Shown: positions 1-9,404 of the stretch, piece after piece
Numbering within the stretch: the first letter of the stretch is position 1
Layout: the number at the start of each line of letters is the position of its first letter
IMG/VR virus record: IMGVR_UViG_3300037067_003400
Coordinates: 96,001-160,000 of that record
Origin: a virus
Lineage: Duplodnaviria; Caudoviricetes
Reading direction: 5' to 3' (one strand)
DNA length: 64,000 bases
Notes under the pieces: model-generated
The model's input: only the letters and a program-made list of their open reading frames with translations
The model's database searches: none
What the model was told of the DNA's origin: nothing
Translations under genes and position numbers: made by a program

Positions 1-49
1 GTAAATAATAGGAGTAGAATATTTTTTATATCCTACGTAGGAGTACTTA

Positions 50-484
50 TTGAAGATACCAATACAATCTAAGAGACTACATAAGAATGCTATACTACCT
101 AAGTATGCATTTGAAGGTGATGCAGGTGCTGATTTATTCATACCAACAGATTTAGTTATCTACCCTGGGGAAATCCTCGCTGTGGGTACTGGATGGGCAA
201 TGTATATCCCACCAGGGTATGAGCTACAGATAAGGTCCAAGTCTGGACTTACATTAATATATAAAATAAAAGTAGCTAACTCTCCAGGTACTATAGATAG
301 TAATTATACTGGAGAAGTTAAAGTGTTGTTAGAGAACAATGGTAAAGAGGATAAAGTATTTGTAGTTGGTGACAAGATTGGACAGGCAGTTCTTGCCCCA
401 GTGTTGAAGGCTGACTATCAAGAAGTACCAGAGCTTCCAGAAACTGATAGAGGTGCTGGAGGTTTCGGACACACAGGTTATTAA
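50..484 (+). CDS. dut: dUTPase (trimeric type)
   Basis: Motifs AGADL, RSKSG, GTIDSNYTGE, GDKIGQ, RGAGGFGHTG. Confidence 0.97.
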   Translation: MKIPIQSKRLHKNAILPKYAFEGDAGADLFIPTDLVIYPGEILAVGTGWAMYIPPGYELQIRSKSGLTLIYKIKVANSPGTIDSNYTGEVKVLLENNGKEDKVFVVGDKIGQAVLAPVLKADYQEVPELPETDRGAGGFGHTGY

Positions 485-530
485 GAAGAGGGGTATCCTC
501 TTCGATTAATAGAGAGAGGAGGGCATGTAG

Positions 531-815
531 ATGAAGGTTACGGCACAACTGATTGAGCAGTTCGGATTGCCAGAGGAAAGCCTTGGTGGTTTTTACTTTG
601 TGCATTTCGAAAGAGTGAAAGACGTAGACCCTACCGCTCCAGCGAATGTTGCTACTCATCTCACAGGTAGATGTGAGGCGAAGTTAGAACTTCCGAACGG
701 TAGTTGTTATCAAGCTGAATCTAAGTTACATCCCAAGGATAAGTATAAGTTTAGCAAACGCTTATCCCATACGATTGTAGTTAATCGTATAAAGCATCAA
801 ATGCACAATATATAA
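531..815 (+). CDS. hypothetical phage protein
   Basis: 94 aa ORF with GGAGG upstream. Confidence 0.7.
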   Translation: MKVTAQLIEQFGLPEESLGGFYFVHFERVKDVDPTAPANVATHLTGRCEAKLELPNGSCYQAESKLHPKDKYKFSKRLSHTIVVNRIKHQMHNI

Positions 816-837
816 TAATAAAATAAAGAAACAATTT

Positions 838-871
838 GGGCAGCTTAACTACGGTTAGGCTACCCCCTTTT
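838..871 (+). terminator. intrinsic terminator
   Basis: GGGCAGCTTAAC-TACG-GTTAGGCTACCC stem with cUACGg loop followed by a T-run. Confidence 0.7.
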
Positions 872-887
872 ATTGATGGTGGTATGA

Positions 888-992
888 ATGCACGTACTTA
901 TAATAATAGTAGTAGCTATTCTAATTGTGTTTGGTATTATAACAGGGGTGTATTTTTTATCTAACCTGTTTAGATTGGGGTGGTTTCATTGA
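888..992 (+). CDS. 34 aa single-TM membrane peptide (not in ORF track)
   Basis: Manual translation MHVLIIIVVAILIVFGIITGVYFLSNLFRLGWFH. Confidence 0.5.
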   Translation: MHVLIIIVVAILIVFGIITGVYFLSNLFRLGWFH

Positions 993-1354
993 ATACTGAG
1001 GAACTTAACAAGAAATTAGAAAGTAGGTTCTGTGAAGGGTGTTGGCCTTTCTGTGATATAGAAGATGGCTGGGCTGATTTAGTTTCTGAGTTGGATGACA
1101 AGATAAGTGCTTTAGATCCAGGTTATACTTTAGCACAGGTAAAAGAAAAGTATGGTAGTTTAAGATACTATACTCTTTTAATTAAGTCTGATGTAGCTGA
1201 TACTATCTTCTCTTTGATTGATGAGTATGAGGAAAAGAGTTTGCATGTCTGTGAGATATGTGGAGAAGAAGGTTCTTTAAAAGAAAAGAATAAGTGGTTT
1301 AAGACTTTATGCGATAAGCATTATGATATGTGGCTGAGGAACAAAAGATGGTAG
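980..1354 (+). CDS. conserved phage hypothetical protein with C-terminal Zn ribbon
   Basis: QVKEKYGSLRYY ... CEICG ... TLCDKH pattern. Confidence 0.75.
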   Translation: MVSLNTEELNKKLESRFCEGCWPFCDIEDGWADLVSELDDKISALDPGYTLAQVKEKYGSLRYYTLLIKSDVADTIFSLIDEYEEKSLHVCEICGEEGSLKEKNKWFKTLCDKHYDMWLRNKRW

Positions 1355-1968
1355 CTAACATGTGGGTATACTCTGGTAAGTATGTAGACGTTCTTAATAT
1401 CACACCAGAAGATATTACTCTAAAGGATATAGCTATTCCTTTGTCTCGACTTAATAGATTCAATGGACACACAAAACATCCCTGGACAGTAGGAGATCAT
1501 AGCTTACTGTGTCTCAGAATATATCATGAGAACAAAGAAAAGATAGCAAGAGAATATGAGGAAGGTATAGACCCTATTGTAGAGTTGCTTATACTAACAC
1601 ACGATGCTTCTGAAGCTTATCTGGGAGATGTTATTAACCCACTAAAGCATAATGGTGAGTATGATTTTTACAGGGAGCTTGAGTATAAGACTCAGATTGT
1701 TATACTGGAAGCTATGGGATTAGATGGATATATGCTACATGCTATGCATGCAGAGTATGTTAAATCTTTTGATATGAAAGCTTTAAGTTTGGAATGCAAT
1801 AAGTTTCTTAGGAATATTCCCAAGGAGTTAGTGCAAGAGTATGACGTTCCATTCCTTGAATACACAGGACACTTTCGTCATGACGAACAGATAGCAAGTA
1901 TCTACGAGGAGAATGTAAAGCGTCTCATTAAAGAGATTGGTTGCATACCCTCACCGATGTTTATGTAA
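1348..1968 (+). CDS. HD-domain 5'-deoxynucleotidase (YfbR/YfdR-like)
   Basis: RFNGHT..WTVGDHS and THDASEAYLGDV..PLK motifs; start moved from 1330 to the ATG at 1348 behind GAGG. Confidence 0.88.
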   Translation: MVANMWVYSGKYVDVLNITPEDITLKDIAIPLSRLNRFNGHTKHPWTVGDHSLLCLRIYHENKEKIAREYEEGIDPIVELLILTHDASEAYLGDVINPLKHNGEYDFYRELEYKTQIVILEAMGLDGYMLHAMHAEYVKSFDMKALSLECNKFLRNIPKELVQEYDVPFLEYTGHFRHDEQIASIYEENVKRLIKEIGCIPSPMFM

Positions 1969-2024
1969 GCATACATAGACATATTAACATCCAAGATAGC
2001 GTCTTGGGAAAGGACTTAGTGCTT

Positions 2025-2573
2025 ATGTTAAAGTTGTCTACCTTACTACAGATAGCTGCAATTGCTTTTGTTTTTGTTGCTGCTGTAAACTGTGATAAGA
2101 ATAGACCACAAAAACTAGAGCAGGTAAAACCAGCTGTAGTTAGGAGCTACACTGCTACGCAGTCTAAGACTGCCAGCAAAGCAGAGATAGACAAGAAGAA
2201 GTCTATTGGGAAGGAAGCTCCAAGGTTAGTACCCCAGAAGAAAGTTACCAAGAAAGTAGCCTGGAATCTGGGGACCATAACAGTCTATCATAGAAAATTT
2301 GAAGGGCGAAGGACTGCCCGAGGCGATGTCTTTAGACATAGCAAAAGAACTGTAGCATGTAATCACGGTAAACTGGGTAGGAAGATAGAGATAATGTATA
2401 ATGGTAGGCATAAGACTGTTGCTGTTGTTAATGATAGAGGTGGTCTGCCCTACGATAAGCCAGGAAAGTATCAGTTTGATGCTACTAATCGCATAGCTAA
2501 AGACCTTGGCTTATATACATTGACTAAGAATGGTTCTACAAATAGAACTGTGAAGTGGCGGTACGTAGATTAG
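2025..2573 (+). CDS. RlpA-like double-psi beta-barrel protein (lytic transglycosylase-like), membrane anchored
   Basis: Hydrophobic N-terminus; GRRTARGDVF, VVNDRGG and FDAT motifs. Confidence 0.75.
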   Translation: MLKLSTLLQIAAIAFVFVAAVNCDKNRPQKLEQVKPAVVRSYTATQSKTASKAEIDKKKSIGKEAPRLVPQKKVTKKVAWNLGTITVYHRKFEGRRTARGDVFRHSKRTVACNHGKLGRKIEIMYNGRHKTVAVVNDRGGLPYDKPGKYQFDATNRIAKDLGLYTLTKNGSTNRTVKWRYVD

Positions 2574-2867
2574 TCTACTTGCCTAATGGTGTAGTGCTGA
2601 GCCGAATTAATTGGGTTACCACTTGAAATGATACTCCCAATTAAACTAACTTGCTTAGCACTATAATTATTTGAGGTGCTATATGATTAATTTAGCAAAG
2701 CTTGAAGCAAGTATAAAGGAGCTTAAGTATATAATAATTGACTTGGAACTACAACTTAAGAAGAAAGATAGAAAAATCTTTGAGTTGGAACAAGAGTTAG
2801 CAAAAGCACAAACTACTATTGTATGTATGAAAACGTTTAATGATAAGGATAGTTTGGGTATATACTA

Positions 2868-3008
2868 ATGAAGGTTGATAAAGCTTTTCCACTTGCTCTT
2901 ATTGTATTAAGTGTAGGTGCTGGGGTAACTTACTTTTGCACTGGGGATATTCGCCGGGGCATTTATTGGGTAGCAGCTGCTATCCTTAATATCTGTGTAA
3001 CTTTTTAG
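2868..3008 (+). CDS. 46 aa two-TM membrane protein (not in ORF track)
   Basis: Manual translation MKVDKAFPLALIVLSVGAGVTYFCTGDIRRGIYWVAAAILNICVTF; ATG overlaps the upstream stop (TAATG). Confidence 0.65.
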   Translation: MKVDKAFPLALIVLSVGAGVTYFCTGDIRRGIYWVAAAILNICVTF

Positions 3009-3034
3009 AAGGTAGCGAAGCTACAGAGAGGATA

Positions 3035-3403
3035 TTGTTAATGAGCGTAACTTATAAAGAATTGGTAAAGTTTGTTAAAGACCATCCATGGTTGAAGAAA
3101 GAAGTTGTCAGTGTTTATGACAATGATGAGGGCATCAGCTTTGAAGTTGATTCCATTGAGGGTGGAGAACTTATCATAAAAGATTATGATGAGGAATGTG
3201 AAGATGAATGTTGCTGTGAAGATTGCTGTGAAGAAGATGATGAGTGCGACGAAGATTGTGACTGTGACGAATGCAATGAAGATGAGCCAGACGTTATAAT
3301 CAGTCCTATCATAGATTGTGGTAGTATAGAAAATCCTATAAGACCAGACTTCACTGTGATAACACCACAGAATACACGTGTAAACATTGTAATAGAAGAT
3401 TAA
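3035..3403 (+). CDS. acidic Cys-rich hypothetical protein
   Basis: Central CEDECCCEDCCEEDDECDEDCDCDEC tract. Confidence 0.7.
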   Translation: MLMSVTYKELVKFVKDHPWLKKEVVSVYDNDEGISFEVDSIEGGELIIKDYDEECEDECCCEDCCEEDDECDEDCDCDECNEDEPDVIISPIIDCGSIENPIRPDFTVITPQNTRVNIVIED

Positions 3404-3584
3404 GTAATATGAGTAGGAAGTAGCGACTCCTACTCTATTATAATGAGGTAGCATTATTGATTGTTTGTAAAGATTGTGACAAAAAAGAAAAGAATGATAC
3501 AAAGTTTGAGGATTGCGTAATAGGTAATCCTTATTTTTGTGGTGAGTGTTATACTAATAAGACTAAAGAAAGTGAGGAAGCCAA

Positions 3585-4115
3585 ATGAAATACTTTCCTG
3601 TTATATTTATTATACTTATGCTTGTGGCATTGTATGTATTGGAAGAGACTTGGGTTCCTAAATCTGTTGGGCCCACGTCTGGAATATATAGCTTTGAATT
3701 CAAAGTCTTACAAGGGTTGGGAGCTAACGAAGAAAAAACTATAAGAGTAATTAGTCATAAAGATAAGTATACTATTAATGTTAATGGTGAAGATTTTTAT
3801 GGAGTTCAAGAAAGTAGAGAATTTAAAGTAGGCAGAGTAATACTTAATAGGCTTCCTAATGATAGGCTTGAAGTATCTGTTGGTCAGGAATTTGTTGATA
3901 TAGTAGCTCTTACTAAAGAAGATAAAAGGTATCCTACTAATAAGAATCTTAATGGATTACCTATTAGATATGAAGAGTTTGACTTAGATGGTGATATAGT
4001 TTATGACTATACTTATTACTCTAAGAACTATGGTGTATGGTCAACAGTAGAGAAGAAGACTACTAAGTATCCTAAATTATTTATGGATGTAGCAACTTCT
4101 TTTAAGGAGCTATAA
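3585..4115 (+). CDS. exported/membrane-anchored hypothetical protein
   Basis: N-terminal hydrophobic helix; coupled to the next gene by TAATG. Confidence 0.7.
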   Translation: MKYFPVIFIILMLVALYVLEETWVPKSVGPTSGIYSFEFKVLQGLGANEEKTIRVISHKDKYTINVNGEDFYGVQESREFKVGRVILNRLPNDRLEVSVGQEFVDIVALTKEDKRYPTNKNLNGLPIRYEEFDLDGDIVYDYTYYSKNYGVWSTVEKKTTKYPKLFMDVATSFKEL

Positions 4116-5470
4116 TGAAAATTATATTAGTTATATTTTTAATGTTATGTTCGTTAGTTGTTAACGCACAAGCTCCCTTTCCAGTGTATGAAAAGACTAT
4201 AGAACTCCCAGGTAATATAGAATACTTTTTAGGAGAGTGGAACCCTACTCTTACTCAGACACAGCCTGGTGGTATGTTAATAACTGCCCGCTTTGATGAT
4301 TTTGATGCCCCATTTGGTGGCTATAACTTTAGGGTATTGCAACATAATGGAAGAGTATATCCTTTGTTTCCTCTAAATAGGTGGGGGCTTAATGTCTTAA
4401 CAGGATATACTATGTTGTATTATCCAACTAAGATATCCCCAGGCAAAGCATACATGCCAGTGTGGTTAGCCAGTAGCTTGTTTGGTAGTCATAGAGTAGA
4501 GATGCATGGACAAATTAAAGAAGAGAAGTCTTTTGGTAACTGGATGCTTCAGACTGATAAGAGGTGGGCTAATGAATTATATGGTAAGTATAAGAACACA
4601 ACTATTTCTAAATATGGTTGTTGTTTTATTTCTTACTGTATGGCTGAGTCTGCCTGGCTTGGTAGAGACATAGATCCTATTGACGCTAATGATTACCTAC
4701 ATAGTCAGAAGGATGGCTACATGGGTAAGAGTGGGCTGTTAGTTAATGGTGGAGCTATGGCACGGTATGCTACTGAGAGATTAGGATTTCCTATGAGATT
4801 AGTTTCTTCTGGGATGTCTCTTTCCGAAAGTTTAAGTAGAGGCTTGTCTCCTATTGCAAAGTATAATAACAGGGGACACTGGGCTATGGCTTATGGTAAA
4901 CGTTGGAATGGTAAGAGTTTTGATTACTTAAACTGGGACCCTATGGGTAGAGGTTACTATGATACTGTTGCTGGTTATGGTGGACTTAGTGAAAACAATA
5001 CAAGAGTTCTCATTCCAGTAGTGGAAAGGTTAACTTCTACAGCAATGGTTGCAAGAGATGGTGACTACGAACCTGGAAAGCTTCCTATGTGTGTAGCGTT
5101 AGCTCCAGAAATTACACGTGTAACACCTGCGGCACGAACAATTTCCCAGGACTATGGACAAAGTAGTATAATAGCATTTGTAGATAGTGGTAATGTATCT
5201 TTATCCTTATGGTATAGACAAATGCCTATAGCTCAATCTATCACAGAACATATAGAAAGTTGTGATGGAACTAACTCTATAGGAGAAACCATTATGGAAG
5301 TTTACAATCTACCTTTAGGTAGTTATATGCTACAGATTTCAGGTATGCCTAAACAATCTTATAGAGTTGTTGTCTGGGAATATAATTATCACGGAGACTT
5401 ATTGGATAGGGTTATAACTGGAGTTATACCTTACAGTAGAAATAGGTTTGTAAATATATTACATATGTAA
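4115..5470 (+). CDS. secreted protein with peptidase C39-like (papain-fold) domain
   Basis: Signal peptide ending VNA; Q(TDKRW)...GC(C)...GHW...WDP residue order. Confidence 0.7.
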   Translation: MKIILVIFLMLCSLVVNAQAPFPVYEKTIELPGNIEYFLGEWNPTLTQTQPGGMLITARFDDFDAPFGGYNFRVLQHNGRVYPLFPLNRWGLNVLTGYTMLYYPTKISPGKAYMPVWLASSLFGSHRVEMHGQIKEEKSFGNWMLQTDKRWANELYGKYKNTTISKYGCCFISYCMAESAWLGRDIDPIDANDYLHSQKDGYMGKSGLLVNGGAMARYATERLGFPMRLVSSGMSLSESLSRGLSPIAKYNNRGHWAMAYGKRWNGKSFDYLNWDPMGRGYYDTVAGYGGLSENNTRVLIPVVERLTSTAMVARDGDYEPGKLPMCVALAPEITRVTPAARTISQDYGQSSIIAFVDSGNVSLSLWYRQMPIAQSITEHIESCDGTNSIGETIMEVYNLPLGSYMLQISGMPKQSYRVVVWEYNYHGDLLDRVITGVIPYSRNRFVNILHM

Positions 5471-5729
5471 GGGAAATTATTATGATTGAGCCTATAGATG
5501 TTTGTAGATTCACTGGGTGCTACCTCGATGCCAAGAGTAGAGTTGTTACAGTTGTAACAGCTGGTAGGAGATGTGAACATAGTATGTTAGGTGAGTACAA
5601 TTGTGACAAGCATGCAGAGTATGAAGCTAAGTTTAATACTATGAGTGTGTTCTTATGTAGAGACCACATGGAAGAGTTTATAGATACTAATGAACTATAT
5701 AAGAAAGTAGATTAACCTGGTCTTAAATT

Positions 5730-5748
5730 GGGTATAATATTTATAGGG
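5730..5748 (+). promoter_or_regulatory. putative promoter, GGGTATAATA-type extended -10
   Basis: GGGTATAATATTTATAGGG upstream of the methyltransferase; the motif recurs in the window. Confidence 0.6.
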
Positions 5749-5779
5749 TAGCAATACCCTTAATTTTTTGGAGGGTGTT

Positions 5780-6550
5780 ATGGATGTAGAATTTAAGGAT
5801 GTAGTAAAAAAGGATTCCCAGATTGCTCTTTATAATGATGATTGTTTGAATGTGCTACCAACTCTTAAAGATAAGTCTGTAGATCTTATACTATGTGATC
5901 TTCCATATGGAGTAACTAATAATAAGTGGGATTCTGTTATTCCCTTGGACTTTTTGTGGGAACAGTATAAGAGACTCATAAAAGATAGAGGAGTTATAGT
6001 TCTTACAGCAGCACAGCCCTTCACGTCTATACTAGTTGTTAGCAACTTAGAGATGTTTAAATATGATATAGTATGGGAAAAGACAATAGCTTCTAACCAA
6101 CTTAACGTAGCGCATCAACCTCTTAGAATTCATGAGTCTATTTTATTATTTTATAACAGTCCAGCTACATATAATGAGCAGTTGAGTATAGGCAAACCTT
6201 ATAAAATAACTAGAAAAGCTGAGTATAAAAATGAGAGTTATGGTAAACAGGCTAGTTCTGAAAAAGATAATACTGGATTTAGACATGCTACTAGTGTCAT
6301 TAAAATATCTAATCCTAGAATAAAAGGTGGTCATCCAACTCAGAAGCCAGATGAGCTATTGAGATATTTAATTAAAACATATTCTAACCCAAGTGATTTA
6401 GTATTAGATAATGCTATGGGCAGCGGGTCTACTGGGGTAGCGGCTATAGCTGAGAGTAGACGTTTTATTGGTATAGAATTAGATGAAACATACTATAGTG
6501 GTGCAGAAAAGTATATTAAAAATATTGTTAGGAAGATGGAGGCAGAATAG
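5780..6550 (+). CDS. N4-C/N6-A DNA methyltransferase, beta class
   Basis: Catalytic DLPYG precedes HPTQKP and the SAM-binding DNAMGSGSTG. Confidence 0.95.
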   Translation: MDVEFKDVVKKDSQIALYNDDCLNVLPTLKDKSVDLILCDLPYGVTNNKWDSVIPLDFLWEQYKRLIKDRGVIVLTAAQPFTSILVVSNLEMFKYDIVWEKTIASNQLNVAHQPLRIHESILLFYNSPATYNEQLSIGKPYKITRKAEYKNESYGKQASSEKDNTGFRHATSVIKISNPRIKGGHPTQKPDELLRYLIKTYSNPSDLVLDNAMGSGSTGVAAIAESRRFIGIELDETYYSGAEKYIKNIVRKMEAE

Positions 6551-6551
6551 T

Positions 6552-7127
6552 ATGTTAACAGATGAGCAATTCGCTGATATTAAGTTTTGTGCTTCAGTTT
6601 TAGATTACGTTAGAAATCTACCAGAAGCTAAAAGTACTACTGGTTTTTTTGATGAACCTATTGATAGATTCATTGCTATTATGAGGATGTTTAATCCACA
6701 ATCATATGGATCAAGAATAGAAAAAAGAATAATACATGATGGTGGTTTTATATCTGTAGCAGGTAAAGATAAAGGAGACTGTAGAGATGGTTTGGGAGAC
6801 CATTATGAGGTGAAAGCTTCTATAATTACTAATTATAACCCAGTTCTAAATTTAGTACAGTTGCGCCCTTGGCAGGATATAAAAGGTTATTTATGTATAG
6901 CTTTTGATGTTAGGGTCGAACCTATGGGGATAGAAGTTTATCGTTTAGATATCAACCAAATGAAGTCTGAGTGTGAGTTGCTACATGCAACTTCTGCACA
7001 CGGAACCCAAGAAGCTAATAGAAATAATGAAAATATAGAGTTGGCTTTGAGAGTTCCAATGAATAAGGAAGATGCTAATTATATTAGATGGCAGAGATAT
7101 AGAAGTACATTTAGTTTTAATAGATAA
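6552..7127 (+). CDS. putative PD-(D/E)xK restriction-type endonuclease
   Basis: E..GD(x9)EVK motif; ATG lies 1 nt after the MTase stop. Confidence 0.6.
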   Translation: MLTDEQFADIKFCASVLDYVRNLPEAKSTTGFFDEPIDRFIAIMRMFNPQSYGSRIEKRIIHDGGFISVAGKDKGDCRDGLGDHYEVKASIITNYNPVLNLVQLRPWQDIKGYLCIAFDVRVEPMGIEVYRLDINQMKSECELLHATSAHGTQEANRNNENIELALRVPMNKEDANYIRWQRYRSTFSFNR

Positions 7128-7322
7128 TAATTTATAGGAGGTAGTTATGATTTATGATAGATATAATAAGTCAAAAAAGAAACTCAGATGTTCTGCTGGT
7201 ATAAGTAGAAGACGACTTGAGGAAGAGAACAGATTGCTTAGAGAAAGACTTGAAAGAGAAAAAAGGAATAGACCCAGTGAGCATCCAGAATCTTATGGGA
7301 ACTGGGAGTAGAGGAGATTTGT

Positions 7323-7655
7323 ATGTCAAAAGTTGTTGATTTAAAGAAAGAACATAAGATATTTACTAAGTACTGGGTTGGGGATTCTTTTTACGAAGTG
7401 GACCGCAATTGTATTAAGTGTTATATAGTAAGGGGAATCTCTATAGATGGAGATAACATTAGTTATAATTGTACTTGTTCCACTCTTAGTACAATGGGTA
7501 AGTCCCCTGGGAATATAACTGCGACTATAGCAGTAGGGTCAGAGGATAGGTACCTTGATTCTTTAGATTATTCCATAGCTGAGTTTTCTAAGAGAGTAAT
7601 AGAAGATGTAACTGCATTCTTTAAGGATGCTGCTGAGAAGGCACGAGTTGCTTAG
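7323..7655 (+). CDS. hypothetical protein, paralog family A
   Basis: KYWVGDSFY N-terminal pattern shared with 8708 and 9405. Confidence 0.65.
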   Translation: MSKVVDLKKEHKIFTKYWVGDSFYEVDRNCIKCYIVRGISIDGDNISYNCTCSTLSTMGKSPGNITATIAVGSEDRYLDSLDYSIAEFSKRVIEDVTAFFKDAAEKARVA

Positions 7656-8010
7656 GGAGTATATATTTTATCTAATACGCTGGCAGTTGTCTACTCCTAT
7701 ATTGGCTTGGTGCATAGTCTATTTTGGTTCACTGGGAAGCGGTTGGTCTACTGTGTTAGCAAATTTAATAGGTGGCTTACTCTTCTTCTGGGTAGACAAG
7801 TTCCTTATCTTTAGGAATAAGACTACTACTGAGATATGGGAAGTGTTACATGATAAAGAATGTTACAGGTGTAACAAGATTGGTAGAGTGTACAGATTGG
7901 TTAAGAAGGACAAATATGATAAGACTGTGTCAACTCCTGTATATTTATGTGAACAATGTTCTGATAAGAAGTATCGAAAGATACTGGAAAGTGAGTTTAG
8001 TAATGGTTAA
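7627..8010 (+). CDS. small membrane protein with C-terminal Zn ribbon
   Basis: Two hydrophobic helices, then CYRC...LCEQC. Confidence 0.65.
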   Translation: MLLRRHELLREYIFYLIRWQLSTPILAWCIVYFGSLGSGWSTVLANLIGGLLFFWVDKFLIFRNKTTTEIWEVLHDKECYRCNKIGRVYRLVKKDKYDKTVSTPVYLCEQCSDKKYRKILESEFSNG

Positions 8011-8413
8011 AAATTCCAAGCCACCACGTCCTGGTGGAACTTATGAACTAATAGATAGTGCTAATGGTATTGGTGTGGTGCATCCAGATGTTTTTGATAG
8101 ATTAAGTAAATACAATCCCTGGTTCTGTTCTGTGTTGGAAGACATAGCTGAGACTACATTAGCAAAGGGTGCTGACTACAATAAGGATACTCCATTCGAT
8201 ACCTTTATTTATGGTGGGCAGATAGCAGAGATATCCCCAGAGAAAAGTATACTTAGTCAGATAGGTGTTAAGATATCACGTATACTTAGTCTCTTTGGTA
8301 GTGGTAAGACTGAGAAGAATGAGAGTAGAGAAGATACACTATTAGATTTATCGGTGTATATTCTACTTTACTTTGCATACACGAGAATGAAAGAAGAAAA
8401 AGATGAAAGCTAA
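8003..8413 (+). CDS. DUF1599 / nucleotide-modification-associated domain protein (MazG-like all-alpha)
   Basis: KGADY, KISRI and ESREDTLLDLSVY motifs; start moved to the ATG at 8003. Confidence 0.7.
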   Translation: MVKNSKPPRPGGTYELIDSANGIGVVHPDVFDRLSKYNPWFCSVLEDIAETTLAKGADYNKDTPFDTFIYGGQIAEISPEKSILSQIGVKISRILSLFGSGKTEKNESREDTLLDLSVYILLYFAYTRMKEEKDES

Positions 8414-8705
8414 ATGTGCCAGATGTAAAAAAGAACTTCCTAATGTTCCTGACTACTTAGCTAATGCTACCTGGCTCTGTAAAGAACATTCAGATAGTAA
8501 GGGCAGCACTAAATCTTCCCAGGAAAGTAAATCAATAAAGACAAGTATATGTGTAGAGTGTGGAAACTTCTTTGAGTTTAGTAAACATAATAAGTATAGA
8601 AAGTTCTGTGATGAGAAATGCAGGGTAGTTTATAATAATAAAAAAGCTATAGCTAAAAGAAGAACTCCAGCCGCAGTTGCTATAGTTAAATTATTAGGAG
8701 GATAA
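8403..8705 (+). CDS. Zn-finger protein
   Basis: CARC, LCKEH, CVECG, FCDEKC. Confidence 0.7.
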   Translation: MKAKCARCKKELPNVPDYLANATWLCKEHSDSKGSTKSSQESKSIKTSICVECGNFFEFSKHNKYRKFCDEKCRVVYNNKKAIAKRRTPAAVAIVKLLGG

Positions 8706-8707
8706 CA

Positions 8708-9013
8708 ATGAACTGTAAGTTTGATATTGATGATGTGTTCTATACCTTTGATAGTAGTAATATAAGTAAATGTACTGTGACTGGGATAAGTAGAAACCAA
8801 CAGAACAAAGAGCTTATGTATTCTTACAGTGCTATATGTGTAGATTTTTGTGGTAGAGTGCATGAAGAAAATAGATATGACTCGGTGGACTATATATATA
8901 AGAATGCCAGTACAGACTTGGAAGTTTTTACGGAAAGGTTTATGCAGAGTGTGAAAGAGAATTTAGGTAAATGGTTTAATGTTGTAGATAATAGAGAGAG
9001 GGCTAAGAAATGA
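8708..9013 (+). CDS. hypothetical protein, paralog family A
   Basis: KFDIDDVFY; strong SD. Confidence 0.65.
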   Translation: MNCKFDIDDVFYTFDSSNISKCTVTGISRNQQNKELMYSYSAICVDFCGRVHEENRYDSVDYIYKNASTDLEVFTERFMQSVKENLGKWFNVVDNRERAKK

Positions 9014-9404
9014 GTAGAGACGCTATAGATTTAGAAGCCACACTTCTTTTCCAGGAGTTCATGGCTAAGGATTCTAAATATCCTGTTAAGAAATTTCGTA
9101 AAGATAATGGTCTTAATAGTGTTGAGTATATATTTGAGGTTAGAGTTTCTTGGTTTAAAACTATTTACATTGGTATTATAGAGAGTGATGATATAGGTTG
9201 GAGACAGGGATGGAAGATGTATGAGGTCGTCTTCTATAAAAATTGTCATTTCGTTGGAGAGAATGTAAAGGCCAGATTAAAAGGTGAAGCTGAGGAACTT
9301 GCTAAGTGGTGGGTGGCTTCTTATAGGGCAGATTCGTTGAAGTGTAAGTATACAAATGATATGTCTATCTTGGAATCTATAAAGAAGTTTATTAGGAGAA
9401 AGTA

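Noticed and set aside
1348-1968. DatZ of a 2-aminoadenine (Z) genome system
   Set aside because: No PurZ in the window; HD nucleotidases are widespread in phages
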